NCBI GenBank assembly: GCA_025786725.1
Contig: JAHLTZ010000008.1
Span: 62,001 to 126,000 of the forward strand
Reading direction: 5' to 3'
Length of the DNA stretch: 64,000 bases
From: Syncephalis fuscata S228
Taxonomy: Eukaryota > Fungi > Zoopagomycota
Under the pieces are notes generated by a model, which searched no databases, was not told the origin of the DNA, and was given only the letters and a program-made list of their open reading frames with translations. Below, in pieces: positions 53,337-64,000 of this stretch. The translations under genes were made by a program, and so were the position numbers. Numbering within the stretch: position 1 is the stretch's first letter; each line of letters starts with the position of its first letter.

Positions 53337-55129
53337 TTAAATCCAGCGACGTTTGACTAGAAACACCACAATGGCCACCCATGCTGCAGCCCCTACCAAT
53401 GTAGTGGGTATTAAGAAACGGCCGAAGAAACGACGAAATGAAAATGGACGACCGACTGCCCCTTGACTTTTATCTCCATTAGAATACCGACCTTTATTGC
53501 TACCACTAACTGGTGGCGGCCATTGACCGACCAAATGAATCATTTGCGTCTCTAATCGACGTACACGAGCATTAAGAGCGGCAATGGTTGCGGCACTATC
53601 TCCTCCCTCGGAGGCTGATTGTGGTGTAGTAGTACCACTAGGTGTAGGTGAAATGGACCGAGTGGTTACATCTACTAATGCCCGTTGACTCGGTGTACCT
53701 ATCGGCTGCGTAGAAGCAATAGCCGCTTTTGTAGTATCTTCAGTCACAGTTGCTGTATTTACAACAGCATTGTTATTTATGTTAGATGGCGCTACAGTAG
53801 GGAAAAGCTGAGATTGCTCATACTGTGTCGAATTAGACAGCAATTTACTTAGACGCTCGAATGACTGTGGAAATGCCTTATGGGCCACTATATAATATAA
53901 CATAATCAAATAAATGAATATATATATATTCATAACTGTCTATTCACTTACCATGTTTGACTACACTGGCTGGAATCCATCCTCCTAAATCACCATCAAT
54001 AATTTGTATGACTCGTGTAATGTTAGGCATATCGGGATCTGGCACTGTAAGTTGACCCGCAATACCGGCCTTCATTCTTATTACTGATGAACCAGAGATA
54101 CCCGCTGGACACTCTGGATGCTCTACACTACATGTAACATTCATAAATCCTCTTCTTTGCTCATCTGGTAATACTCGACTATGCGATAGAATACATAGAT
54201 CGCGTGCCGATGTTGGCCATACTGCACGTAATAGTGCATACTGAACATAGGTGTGTTCGTCAAATTGCTCCAAACGATGTGCTTTCTCACACATAGGGTC
54301 CCATTCAGGTCGACGTGGGGCATCAGCCAGTAAATCAAATGCCATACCAACAGGTGCCGGTAGTGTTGTTACAACTCTGTAACAAAAATTAAGTGCTCGG
54401 TGTTTGTAAATACGTAATAGTCGTGGTGTGTTCTGTTCAACTAGTGTTTCCCATAGTTCTGAATCAGCTTCTGGTTCGCCAGGCCGTGTACCTCGTTCAA
54501 TATCGGCCAGCTTTAGAAATCGTTCACATATATCGTTACATTTATCTGTGTATTGATGTTGTACTATTGTTTTTGTTGGAGTGGCTGTTCCATCATCTAA
54601 TTATCATTGTATTAACATATAATAAATATTAATATTATACTATTTACCTTGTTCAGAAGTGTGTGGTGATCGATGAATCAACGTTGCTGTGTCATCACTT
54701 GTTTGGTCGTGGCTATTTGATGTCTGTTGTATTAGCGCATTATCAACTGCTGTAGATATGGCCACTGGTTTGGTAGAAGCAGTAGAATTATGCGTATAAT
54801 GATCTTTTTGTCGTTTTCGCGCACCATTCTCTAACACGGCTACTTTGTTCGGTCGTGTTAAACCGAGCCATGTTCCTAGCCAGGGTAACCAGGCATAGGC
54901 AATAAACTGAAAGAATGTATAGTGCAGTCCGTCCAACGCATAGCCAAAACATACTAGGATCGCTCTTTAGTTAGTGTATTGTCGTATTGATGATCTAGAT
55001 CTGTTAGTGCCATCTACCTTGATTGAACAAATAAAGAAGAGGTGCCGGTACAACGACGAATAGAGCATAAAGAAGCAATGCATTGAATTGATTGCGATTA
55101 CGTATCATTACTGCTCGCTTAGTTGGCAT
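53337..55129 (-). CDS. START-domain lipid-transfer protein with N-terminal and C-terminal transmembrane segments
   Basis: RRPEWDPMC, VWPTSARDLC, SVEHPECP, DLGGWIPASVV; hydrophobic N-terminal exons; C-terminal tail anchor. Confidence 0.85.
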
Positions 55130-56583
55130 GATGAATAAATGAACAACAACAGTGTAATCTGCTGTTAAGTAGAATGTTAAATAGTATTAAATTGAAACGA
55201 TGAAAGTAAAAGTTACACATGTAGACGGGTGCGTGGGGACTGTTCTTTTAACAACGACTACTGAGAGGCAAGCGTGTATCAGTTGATAATATCACGCCAC
55301 AAGTGAAACATCCAATGATGACAAGGTGAATCATGTGTGCACGTATCAAGGGGTGCGTGATTTATTAGATTTTACTAGTATATTCAGTATGTTAGTTGTG
55401 CATGCTGCTTGGTGGTCTAGGCATGATATCATTCATACTGCATCTGTTAACTTTACTTGAAGATACAATTGATAGAATACATCAAGTAGTCATCGATACA
55501 TATTGGTTGGCCATATTATTTATTAATTTGTATTAAATCACTGTTTAATGTCGAACGATACATATTCAATTAGACCAATATCAACCTATTTATTTGGTAA
55601 GATGGTGGTTATTACAAAATTTAAGGAGCAATATGTTTTATATTTAGCACATCTTTTAAATTGTTATTCGTTTTATAATATCAATAGTTTTGCGATACAA
55701 TGCATACCTACAAATAATCATTACTACTGTTACCATCCTGACATCATGACCATATTATTATAATAATGTGCTTAATAAATATATTGTGCTATTGGACAAT
55801 TTTTTAAGATCACATATAAACAGATAAGAGTATACGTATATCGAATATTAATACCAATTTTACTAACAAACGAGTAAATACTTGTTACTTGTAAACATAT
55901 AAGCATTGACACGAACTGATATTGCTGCGTTAACAATGAAATGCTACAAAGTATTCGGGTTCTATTATTAACTATATCTATTATGAAATGACATCTTTAT
56001 TTAGCTTTATAAAGCAATATAGTTTTTAGTTCCATCTTATTTTCCTTCAATGCGATACAAGTTGTTTAGTTTATTATAGCTGAATCGGGATAATTAAGAC
56101 AAACAAGGAATAAGTTTAGTATTAAATATTACTAAATAGTCAACATGCACTGTTAAAATGCTTAAAGATTAAACTGTCAGTCAAATGATAATATTACTAC
56201 AGCAGTCCCGCTATATTTGGCAAATAATGAAGCGTGCCTGTACACTCTATTGTTAATAAAGCTGCTTGGTTGTTATTTGCTAGTTATTGAATCGAAATAA
56301 TGCTATGCACAAATAAAATAGTCTGGCTACATATATTTAAATTTGAAATGTTTGTTTATTACTACAAGGTTGCATAGTTGAATAGACACAACTAAGCGTA
56401 GGCTTGTTGCTAATATAATGCTTCATTGGTTGTGGAATGAGTAAATTGGAGCATTGGCGGGAAATGATACGCAAGTGCACTAGACGGCAGTCGTATAATG
56501 CTTTTGCCTCTTGGTGAATATATATAATATATTGGAGTGGCAGCTCAATTGCACCACCAATGCTAGTGCGTTGAAGGTATTAG

Positions 56584-56778
56584 TTAGTGTTTCTTGGCAT
56601 CTTCAGGACATGAGCAATCAAAGTTGGGAGGGCCATTAATGCAAATTCGGGTGCAATGGAATCGTTTAGCTAGTGGTGCGGCATCGCGACGAGCTAGAGC
56701 TGGCTTAGCATCCACCATGGCTGTGGTGGCTACAAAAGCTACGAGAAGAGTGCAGACGGCAGCAATGGAAAGCTTCAT
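56584..56778 (-). CDS. Secreted prepropeptide (64 aa) with Kex2-type sites; predicted mature 25-aa 4-Cys peptide
   Basis: MKLSIAAVCTLLVAFVATTAMVDA|KPALARR DAAPLAKR|FHCTRICINGPPNFDCSCPEDAKKH. Confidence 0.85.
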   Translation of the reverse strand: MKLSIAAVCTLLVAFVATTAMVDAKPALARRDAAPLAKRFHCTRICINGPPNFDCSCPEDAKKH

Positions 56779-56978
56779 AGTGATATTGATTTGTTGAAAC
56801 AAACAAGTATAATAAAAGTGGAGTGTATTTAATGTAGAGCAGATAGTATTGAGTACTTGGCAGAAAGTAGAGTGTATTTGTGATATCGCTAGTCAGTTGT
56901 GCAAACCATGAGCTCTATTTAAATCTTTGGCTATTATTGAGATTGGTATGTGACGATGAATAGCATCCCATTCTCTAA

Positions 56979-57010
56979 AGTTCACTGCCCTTAGTTCACT
57001 GCCCTTAGTT
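56979..57010. promoter_or_regulatory. 14-bp tandem motif (AGTTCACTGCCCTT)x2 upstream of the peptide gene, mirrored at about 58102-58133; TATA-like ATTTAAATAG nearby
   Basis: Seen directly about 200 bp upstream of each ATG; a regulatory role is inferred. Confidence 0.35.
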
Positions 57011-57582
57011 TTCCTACATTCTTGCAAGGCCTAGCCAACTGCTCGAATCATCATATCGGCCACAAATTGTTTGATAAAATTCTAGACTATCCATATTTGA
57101 TCGTATTCGCCTTAGGCATTTACTGCTATTAGTAAAAGCACTTATATTTCTATTGACTAATTTGCTACAAATAACACGATTAATTACTTAATTAATGCAC
57201 CATCGTTATACCATCTTTGTTTAACACTGTCATTAGTTTAGTTCAATTTCAGCAGCTATAAACAAGCATCGACCGCAACATACTGTATGAAATATTTTAT
57301 TGTAATACAATATGAAGCAATAAAGCACATCTAGACAGCAACTTAAAAGGCCTGCATGTAAAAATGCAGCGTATATTGCATGTATACAAGATATACAATG
57401 GAATTGACCTTGTACAGCAATTTGAAGTGTAATATATTAGTGGATCAACGAATTAATAGTATTAGGTCTAGCCCCTAATCTAATATGCACAAGCAGCATG
57501 CAGATTGTGCAGCAATATCAATTCTATAACCACATGGCGGTGTGTCATTAAATACAGGTTGAATGAATTTCTGGCACATAAT

Positions 57583-58980
57583 GCTATAGAATTGAACCGC
57601 TACACAATCTGCATGCTGCTTGTGCATATTAGATTAGGGGCTAGACCTAATACTATTAATTCGTTGATCCACTAATATATTACACTTCAAATTGCTGTAC
57701 AAGGTCAATTCCATTGTATATCTTGTATACATGCAATATACGCTGCATTTTTACATGCAGGCCTTTTAAGTTGCTGTCTAGATGTGCTTTATTGCTTCAT
57801 ATTGTATTACAATAAAATATTTCATACAGTATGTTGCGGTCGATGCTTGTTTATAGCTGCTGAAATTGAACTAAACTAATGACAGTGTTAAACAAAGATG
57901 GTATAACGATGGTGCATTAATTAAGTAATTAATCGTGTTATTTGTAGCAAATTAGTCAATAGAAATATAAGTGCTTTTACTAATAGCAGTAAATGCCTAA
58001 GGCGAATACGATCAAATATGGATAGTCTAGAATTTTATCAAACAATTTGTGGCCGATATGATGATTCGAGCAGTTGGCTAGGCCTTGCAAGAATGTAGGA
58101 AAACTAAGGGCAGTGAACTAAGGGCAGTGAACTTTAGAGAATGGGATGCTATTCATCGTCACATACCAATCTCAATAATAGCCAAAGATTTAAATAGAGC
58201 TCATGGTTTGCACAACTGACTAGCGATATCACAAATACACTCTACTTTCTGCCAAGTACTCAATACTATCTGCTCTACATTAAATACACTCCACTTTTAT
58301 TATACTTGTTTGTTTCAACAAATCAATATCACTATGAAGCTTTCCATTGCTGCCGTCTGCACTCTTCTCGTAGCTTTTGTAGCCACCACAGCCATGGTGG
58401 ATGCTAAGCCAGCTCTAGCTCGTCGCGATGCCGCACCACTAGCTAAACGATTCCATTGCACCCGAATTTGCATTAATGGCCCTCCCAACTTTGATTGCTC
58501 ATGTCCTGAAGATGCCAAGAAACACTAACTAATACCTTCAACGCACTAGCATTGGTGGTGCAATTGAGCTGCCACTCCAATATATTATATATATTCACCA
58601 AGAGGCAAAAGCATTATACGACTGCCGTCTAGTGCACTTGCGTATCAGTTTCCCGCCAATGCTCCAATTTACTCATTCCACAACCAATGAAGTCATTATA
58701 TTAGCAACAAGCCTACGCTTAGTTGTGTCTATTCAACTATGCAACCTTGTAGTAATAAACAAACATTTCAAATTTAAATATATGTAGCCAGACTATTTTA
58801 TTTGTGCATAGCATTATTTCGATTCAATAACTAGCAAATAACAACCAAGCAGCTTTATTAACAATAAGTGTACAGGCACGCTTTATTATTTGCCAAATAT
58901 AGCGGGACTGCTGTAGTAATATTATCATTTGACTGACAGTTTAATCTTTAAGCATTTTAACAGTGCATGTTGACTATTTA
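57583..58980 (+). repeat. Right arm of the large inverted repeat
   Basis: Reverse complement of 56133-57530. Confidence 0.95.
58334..58528 (+). CDS. Identical second copy of the secreted prepropeptide
   Basis: Translation identical to 56584-56778. Confidence 0.85.
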   Translation: MKLSIAAVCTLLVAFVATTAMVDAKPALARRDAAPLAKRFHCTRICINGPPNFDCSCPEDAKKH

Positions 58981-60437
58981 ATTAGCTGTGCTTATTTACA
59001 AATACGCCATAAATAGTATTAAAACTATTATTATTATAAAACCATGATGGTATTGATTGGATAATGTTAATTTTTAATGTTTACCAACACTTACTTTGAC
59101 GTTCAAATACAATATACTGGTTAGTTAATATTGTTTTGATACTAAACATATTTTTTATTATCATTAATTATCTTGGTTTAGCTATACTAAATTGAATAAT
59201 TGTATAACACTAATTAGAAATAAACTAAATTAGATGTAGGATTTTGAAGTTTTAATCTGATTATTTTACACTACACATTCGATTAACTGATAATAATTTA
59301 CACAATCGATTTTATAACACACTTATCACAATCTACTCATACAAATTATTACAGCGCACTCATAAGAATTATTATAAAACACTTCATAAGAACTAACGCC
59401 TGTACAATGATCATATATATATGGACATCGTCATTAACGTATCATCATCATCAGTATCAATATCATTATATAATTTAAAATATTCTACTACCAAGTTTAC
59501 TACTATACTCAAAATAGCGACTTTAATGGCAATAATTAACACATTGGAATTATAATAATCATAAACATGAATTAGACAACAAACAATTGATTGGATAATA
59601 TTTATTCTTTTCTTTAAGCTAAATAGAGGACCTGTAGCAAAAATGGTATACCAATCAAGCAACAATGAATTGTTTTCATTGGATAATTGCAAAAAACGCA
59701 CAACACGAAAGAGAAAAAGGAAAGGAAAGGAATCAAATAGAGGGAGGACACGCAATACAATCATATAAATGATTGAGAAAATACGAAACAGTTATATGAA
59801 GAGGAATGACAAGTGAAATGAAAATACAACGACACAAGTGTCAGAAATAAAAGTGCAATGAAAGTAGAGCAGAACAGTAGCAGTGGTGGTGGTGATGATG
59901 ATGATGGTGGTGGTAATACCATAAACAGTAGAGATGGTACAGCTATAACTGTAATACGAACAAGTGATAACACAAAGGTCGAGAGCAATGGCAATGTGGC
60001 ATAGCGAGAAGGGAATGCGAACATTGCAGCGCGATATTCGCGAGTAAAACAACAACAATAACAATGATGATAACAATAATAAATATCGTTACTACGATAA
60101 TAGTGTTGAGAGGTGGTGGTATAGCAGCGGTGGCTTACGAGATAAGTTGAAGAAAACAAATGGTGGCGTGCAATTAAAGAACACGCAATAACGCATTGAT
60201 AACAACTTGATGAGTAAAAGAGACATGAAATCCCGTAAAAAGTGGGTCATATCAATAAACTTAAAAGTGGTACACAAGAATTGAAAGAAAAAGAAAAAAC
60301 GCACCTAAAGTTAGGTAATTCACATAAGCTATATGCAAAAGGATATAGCCGAGTTGTACGCGAATAGAACACGTTAAGGGTTGGAGAGGGGATGGAGGTG
60401 GAAAGGAGAGGAGAGGAAAGAGGAAAAGACTGACCCA

Positions 60438-61868
60438 TTAACCAAATCGTAATGGAGATGTCGGTAGACCATCTGGTGTAGCACCGTCGGCCGCATCTTT
60501 ATGTTTACGAAATAGATTACGTAGTGTTTTTAACGAAGGTGTTCGGAATACTAGACTACGTGAACGTTTGCGGCGACGGTCAGGATCGGCCGGTGCTGAA
60601 CTGTTAGATGCAGCACTAGTATAGCCACCATCGAGTTCAATGGCATCAATGCCATTTAAACCATTGCCTAGATAGGCACTATGAGCACGGGGCCGGACTG
60701 CATTAGATCGTGTAGCTGATGCTAAACGAGCAGCGGTGGCCGCAGTCATCGATGGTGTGGGAACTGGAGTGGCAATTGTTGCCGGTATTGGCATAGGTGG
60801 GACCGGATCCATTGGTGGTGGACTGACGTCAAAATAAGAGCCAGATGGTGGAGAGCTGCTTGGTGAATACGACATCATGGGTGGTGGTGATGGTGATCCT
60901 GTAAATGATCGGTTTACTTCCGGATCACTTTCATCGCCACTAGGTGGAAAGTTTAATGCACCACGGAATAGGTCGGCTGGTGCTGTGTCGCGCTTACGAC
61001 GACGAAGAGCTTCAGCCGGAGACAGTTCAGCAAGCTCAGCATCGGTAGGTGGTAGGAATGCAGATCCACCAAATGATGAAGCTGAAGCAATGCTAGCTGG
61101 TCTAGATGGATAGCCTGGTCGTCTTTCCTGCCATGAATGTGGTCGTGGTCGAATAGAACGCATTGCTGCATCGGCACTGCCTCGACCGGGTAGACGTACT
61201 GCTAGCACGGTAAGATCATCAGAAGCATACCGAACAAGTGCTGAAAGAATAACCGATGAACAGACATCAGATAAATGAGGCAACATATCTGCAGGCCGTT
61301 TTGAATCACGTCGCAATAGTTCTAGCAGCCTTGTACGATAGGCCATGAACTGTGGTTGTGACAGATACTCACGACGTGGTGCTAAAAACCGATCTAACTC
61401 AAGGGCCGGGTCCCGACTGCCCCAGCGCCGACGGTTATTAGGAATCTGATATTCAGGTGGAATAATACCACTACGAATGTTGACAGTGAAGCGGGATAAC
61501 TCTTCAACATCCATCAAGTCCTTAATACCATCTGTGACAAACATAAGCGTCGTATTAGGTGGAAGACGAGCCAATGGCAATGAGTAGACATTAGTACGCG
61601 ATAATGTCCATCCTGAGTGATTAAAGTTGCCTATTATAATATTGTTAGTAATTAGATTGATTAGTTAGTTAGTTAATTAATAACTTACCAAGTGTATTTG
61701 TCATACGCAATGCATATCCTGATCGATCGCTGACAACCAAATAGACATTGCATCCCATTTCGCGTACAGTTTTTACACGTCCTTGCAATTCTGTATAGTC
61801 ACGACGAAGTGCTCGCAAGTTTTGTCCTATAATAATTAATTAATTATAATTAGTTACAATTAGTTACA

Positions 61869-61902
<34 letters not shown>

Positions 61903-63250
61903 TCATTTAGTAATAACTATTTACCTTGTCGTAGTTTAACTGGATACATGTCAAGTGTATCCTCAAATGAGCATACATTTAATACATTATCTTTACCGCG
62001 TCGGCACCATACACGCATAGGTAAACCGTCTGGATCGGCCATAAACATACTGGAGTCGCCAATGCTACAACAAAACAAATGGCCGCGATATAAAATACCA
62101 AGACAAAGTGTACTGCCATTTTCTGCGCATACATCTGGATCTAAATCAGCGACAGCTTCATTTAATCGCTGATGTAAATCGCCTAGCGCAGTTGTTACGC
62201 GACGTGCCACATCTTCATCGCCATTTTCAGTGATGCTAATGGCTTCTGATTCTAAAATCGACTGAACAACATCTGGCAACACTTGGTCAAGCAAGTCTAC
62301 AAAATGACGTCCATATGATACATAGCCTGGCCTAACTAGACGTTTACTATGAATAAATGCATATTAGTAATGCTATATGTTCCGCCAACCTATTATACTT
62401 ACTCAATAACTTCACCATGTCCATCAGCCACATAGAAACAACGAGCCCATCGACCGCCGACTTGTAGATCAAATGTGCTTGCATTATCTTCGTTCATAGT
62501 AATGCCGTTAGGATAAACGTGCTTTTGACCCGCCAACGACTCATAATGCAATTCAAGCGGACCTTCTTCAAATTGACGTAGACTTTCATCTGAATCTGAT
62601 TCATCGTCAATATTTACGGTAATACCCGTTGTTGCCATATCATCGTCGTCATCATCGTCCATTTCTGCATCGGCAAATACTGCATCATCGCGTTCACTTA
62701 AACCGCTTACAGTATCGTCGTCATATGCACGCGATGACATTGTTTCTGTGCCATACAATGAAGCAGGCGGTGTAGCAGTACCTCGCGATGAAGTAGAGCT
62801 ACGCAGGCCCAATCGGTCGCGCATAACGCTGCCAAAGCTAGCCCGCTTCAAACTATTATTAGATATCTTTCGGCCTGGCGAGGGACTGCTTTTACGAGCT
62901 AACAATAGGCTGCCCAAGTTAAACCGGTTGGCAGATGCACCATTATTGGATACTGGATTGATACGCGGACTTGGTGGCGGACTTCCATTGACCGAAGAGG
63001 CAGCAGAGGACATAGTCACTGGCGTGGCTGGTGATTGCCGTGTTGCTGCGCGTGAATTTGAACGAGAATTGCTCGTTGCGGTGGCATTGCCGGTATAGGA
63101 ACGCTCTTCACTGCGTAACCGACTCGTACTACGATGTCGTTTACCATGACCGTCGACTGGTGAAGATCTACCGTTACGAGGTAAATCTAACGAACGACTA
63201 GGTAATTCCACACGAATTCGTTGTCGTGATCTCAAATCTGGTGAAGCCAT
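60438..63250 (-). CDS. PP2C/PPM-type protein phosphatase-like with long disordered N- and C-terminal regions, multi-exon
   Basis: FYVADGHG, GSTLCLGIL, CSIGDSS, LRMTNTL|G, LMFVTDGIKD, DDLTVLAVRL. Confidence 0.85.
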
Positions 63251-64000
63251 ATTCTATTATTTATAGTGCTATTGTAGCTATAACAGGCTGAGTTAGTAAA
63301 GAAAACGGAATATTACAAACAAAATTAAGTATTCGGAGTGTCAAAATGACCAACAAGCCATCCAACTCAGTGTATGCAAGAACGTGCAGCACCGTAGATT
63401 GGCTGTCGCATTAAACATTCAGAAACCAACTCAGCTACTTACCAGTGACAATATTGAAACAAACAGTCAATACCGATGGTAAATACGACTCGTGCGTGTA
63501 TTTTTAAATAAAGCTATATTGCCTGTCTACGTATTGCAATAGTGTTGAAATACTTTGATCTTTGTGCGCCAACAAGCATTCACTATAGAAGAATAGATCG
63601 CATACATAGACCGGTTAGTCAATAGTTTGGCAGTATGCATATATGCGTGCAGGAGAATGCGCGTGTAGACAAATATGCACCAACACATGCCTACACGCAT
63701 TGATAGTTGTGCTTTACAATAGTGCTACTTACATAGAGTAGAAATACCAAAGTCGTTGAAAAGGCAGTATGCACGTAATAGTGTTGTTGTTGTTTTAACA
63801 AAAAGCAAAGAACTAGGAAAGCGTCCTCAAGGCAGACCAGCGCGTATGAAGAAAGGAAAACTCGCAGAATATAGTGCTAAAAAGAAAGGAAATGGCAGTG
63901 GTATAATCGCTGTAGCAATAATACTAGACAGTGCAATATAGCAATAGCAATGCTAGTAGCAATGATAGTAGTAGTAGAGTAGTAGTAGTAGTAAGTAGTA

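Larger units (their letters stand above)
56133..57530 (-). repeat. Left arm of a large inverted repeat (palindrome)
   Basis: Reverse complement of about 57583-58980, with only a few indels and substitutions. Confidence 0.95.

Noticed and set aside
56594-56797. Antisense 67-aa ORFs over the peptide genes (also 58315-58518)
   Set aside because: Shadow ORFs with non-ATG starts; the sense product has a clear precursor architecture.
59411-60438. Several minus-strand hydrophobic ORFs
   Set aside because: Low-complexity sequence, probably the long 3' UTR of the PP2C gene; no motifs.

Overview
Gene-dense, AT-rich eukaryotic DNA with many short GT-AG introns. The gene content points to an early-diverging fungus, and the style suggests Zoopagomycota such as mycoparasitic Syncephalis (inference). 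Housekeeping genes: scramblase/AIM25-like, a shortened COG3, two head-to-head mitochondrial BolA genes, annexin, RasGEF, MCM7, ZNF706/4F5-like, multi-Myb, GAF hybrid histidine kinase, short Vms1/VLRF1, START protein, PP2C-like phosphatase, and a TPR + metallo-beta-lactamase fusion cut by the left edge. Two accessory structures stand out. (1) A ~7.7 kb direct duplication (8328-16003 / 17865-25546) carries three paralogous small secreted proteins that resemble a kinase N-lobe with no C-lobe, plus an OPT oligopeptide transporter. A decayed Mutator-like transposon abuts the second copy exactly. (2) A ~2.85 kb near-perfect palindrome (56133-58980) carries in each arm an identical gene for a Kex2-type precursor of a 25-aa, 4-Cys secreted peptide. 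Single-base indels also break essential genes such as MCM7, so many frameshifts are probably assembly errors. All alignments and domain calls were made by eye.
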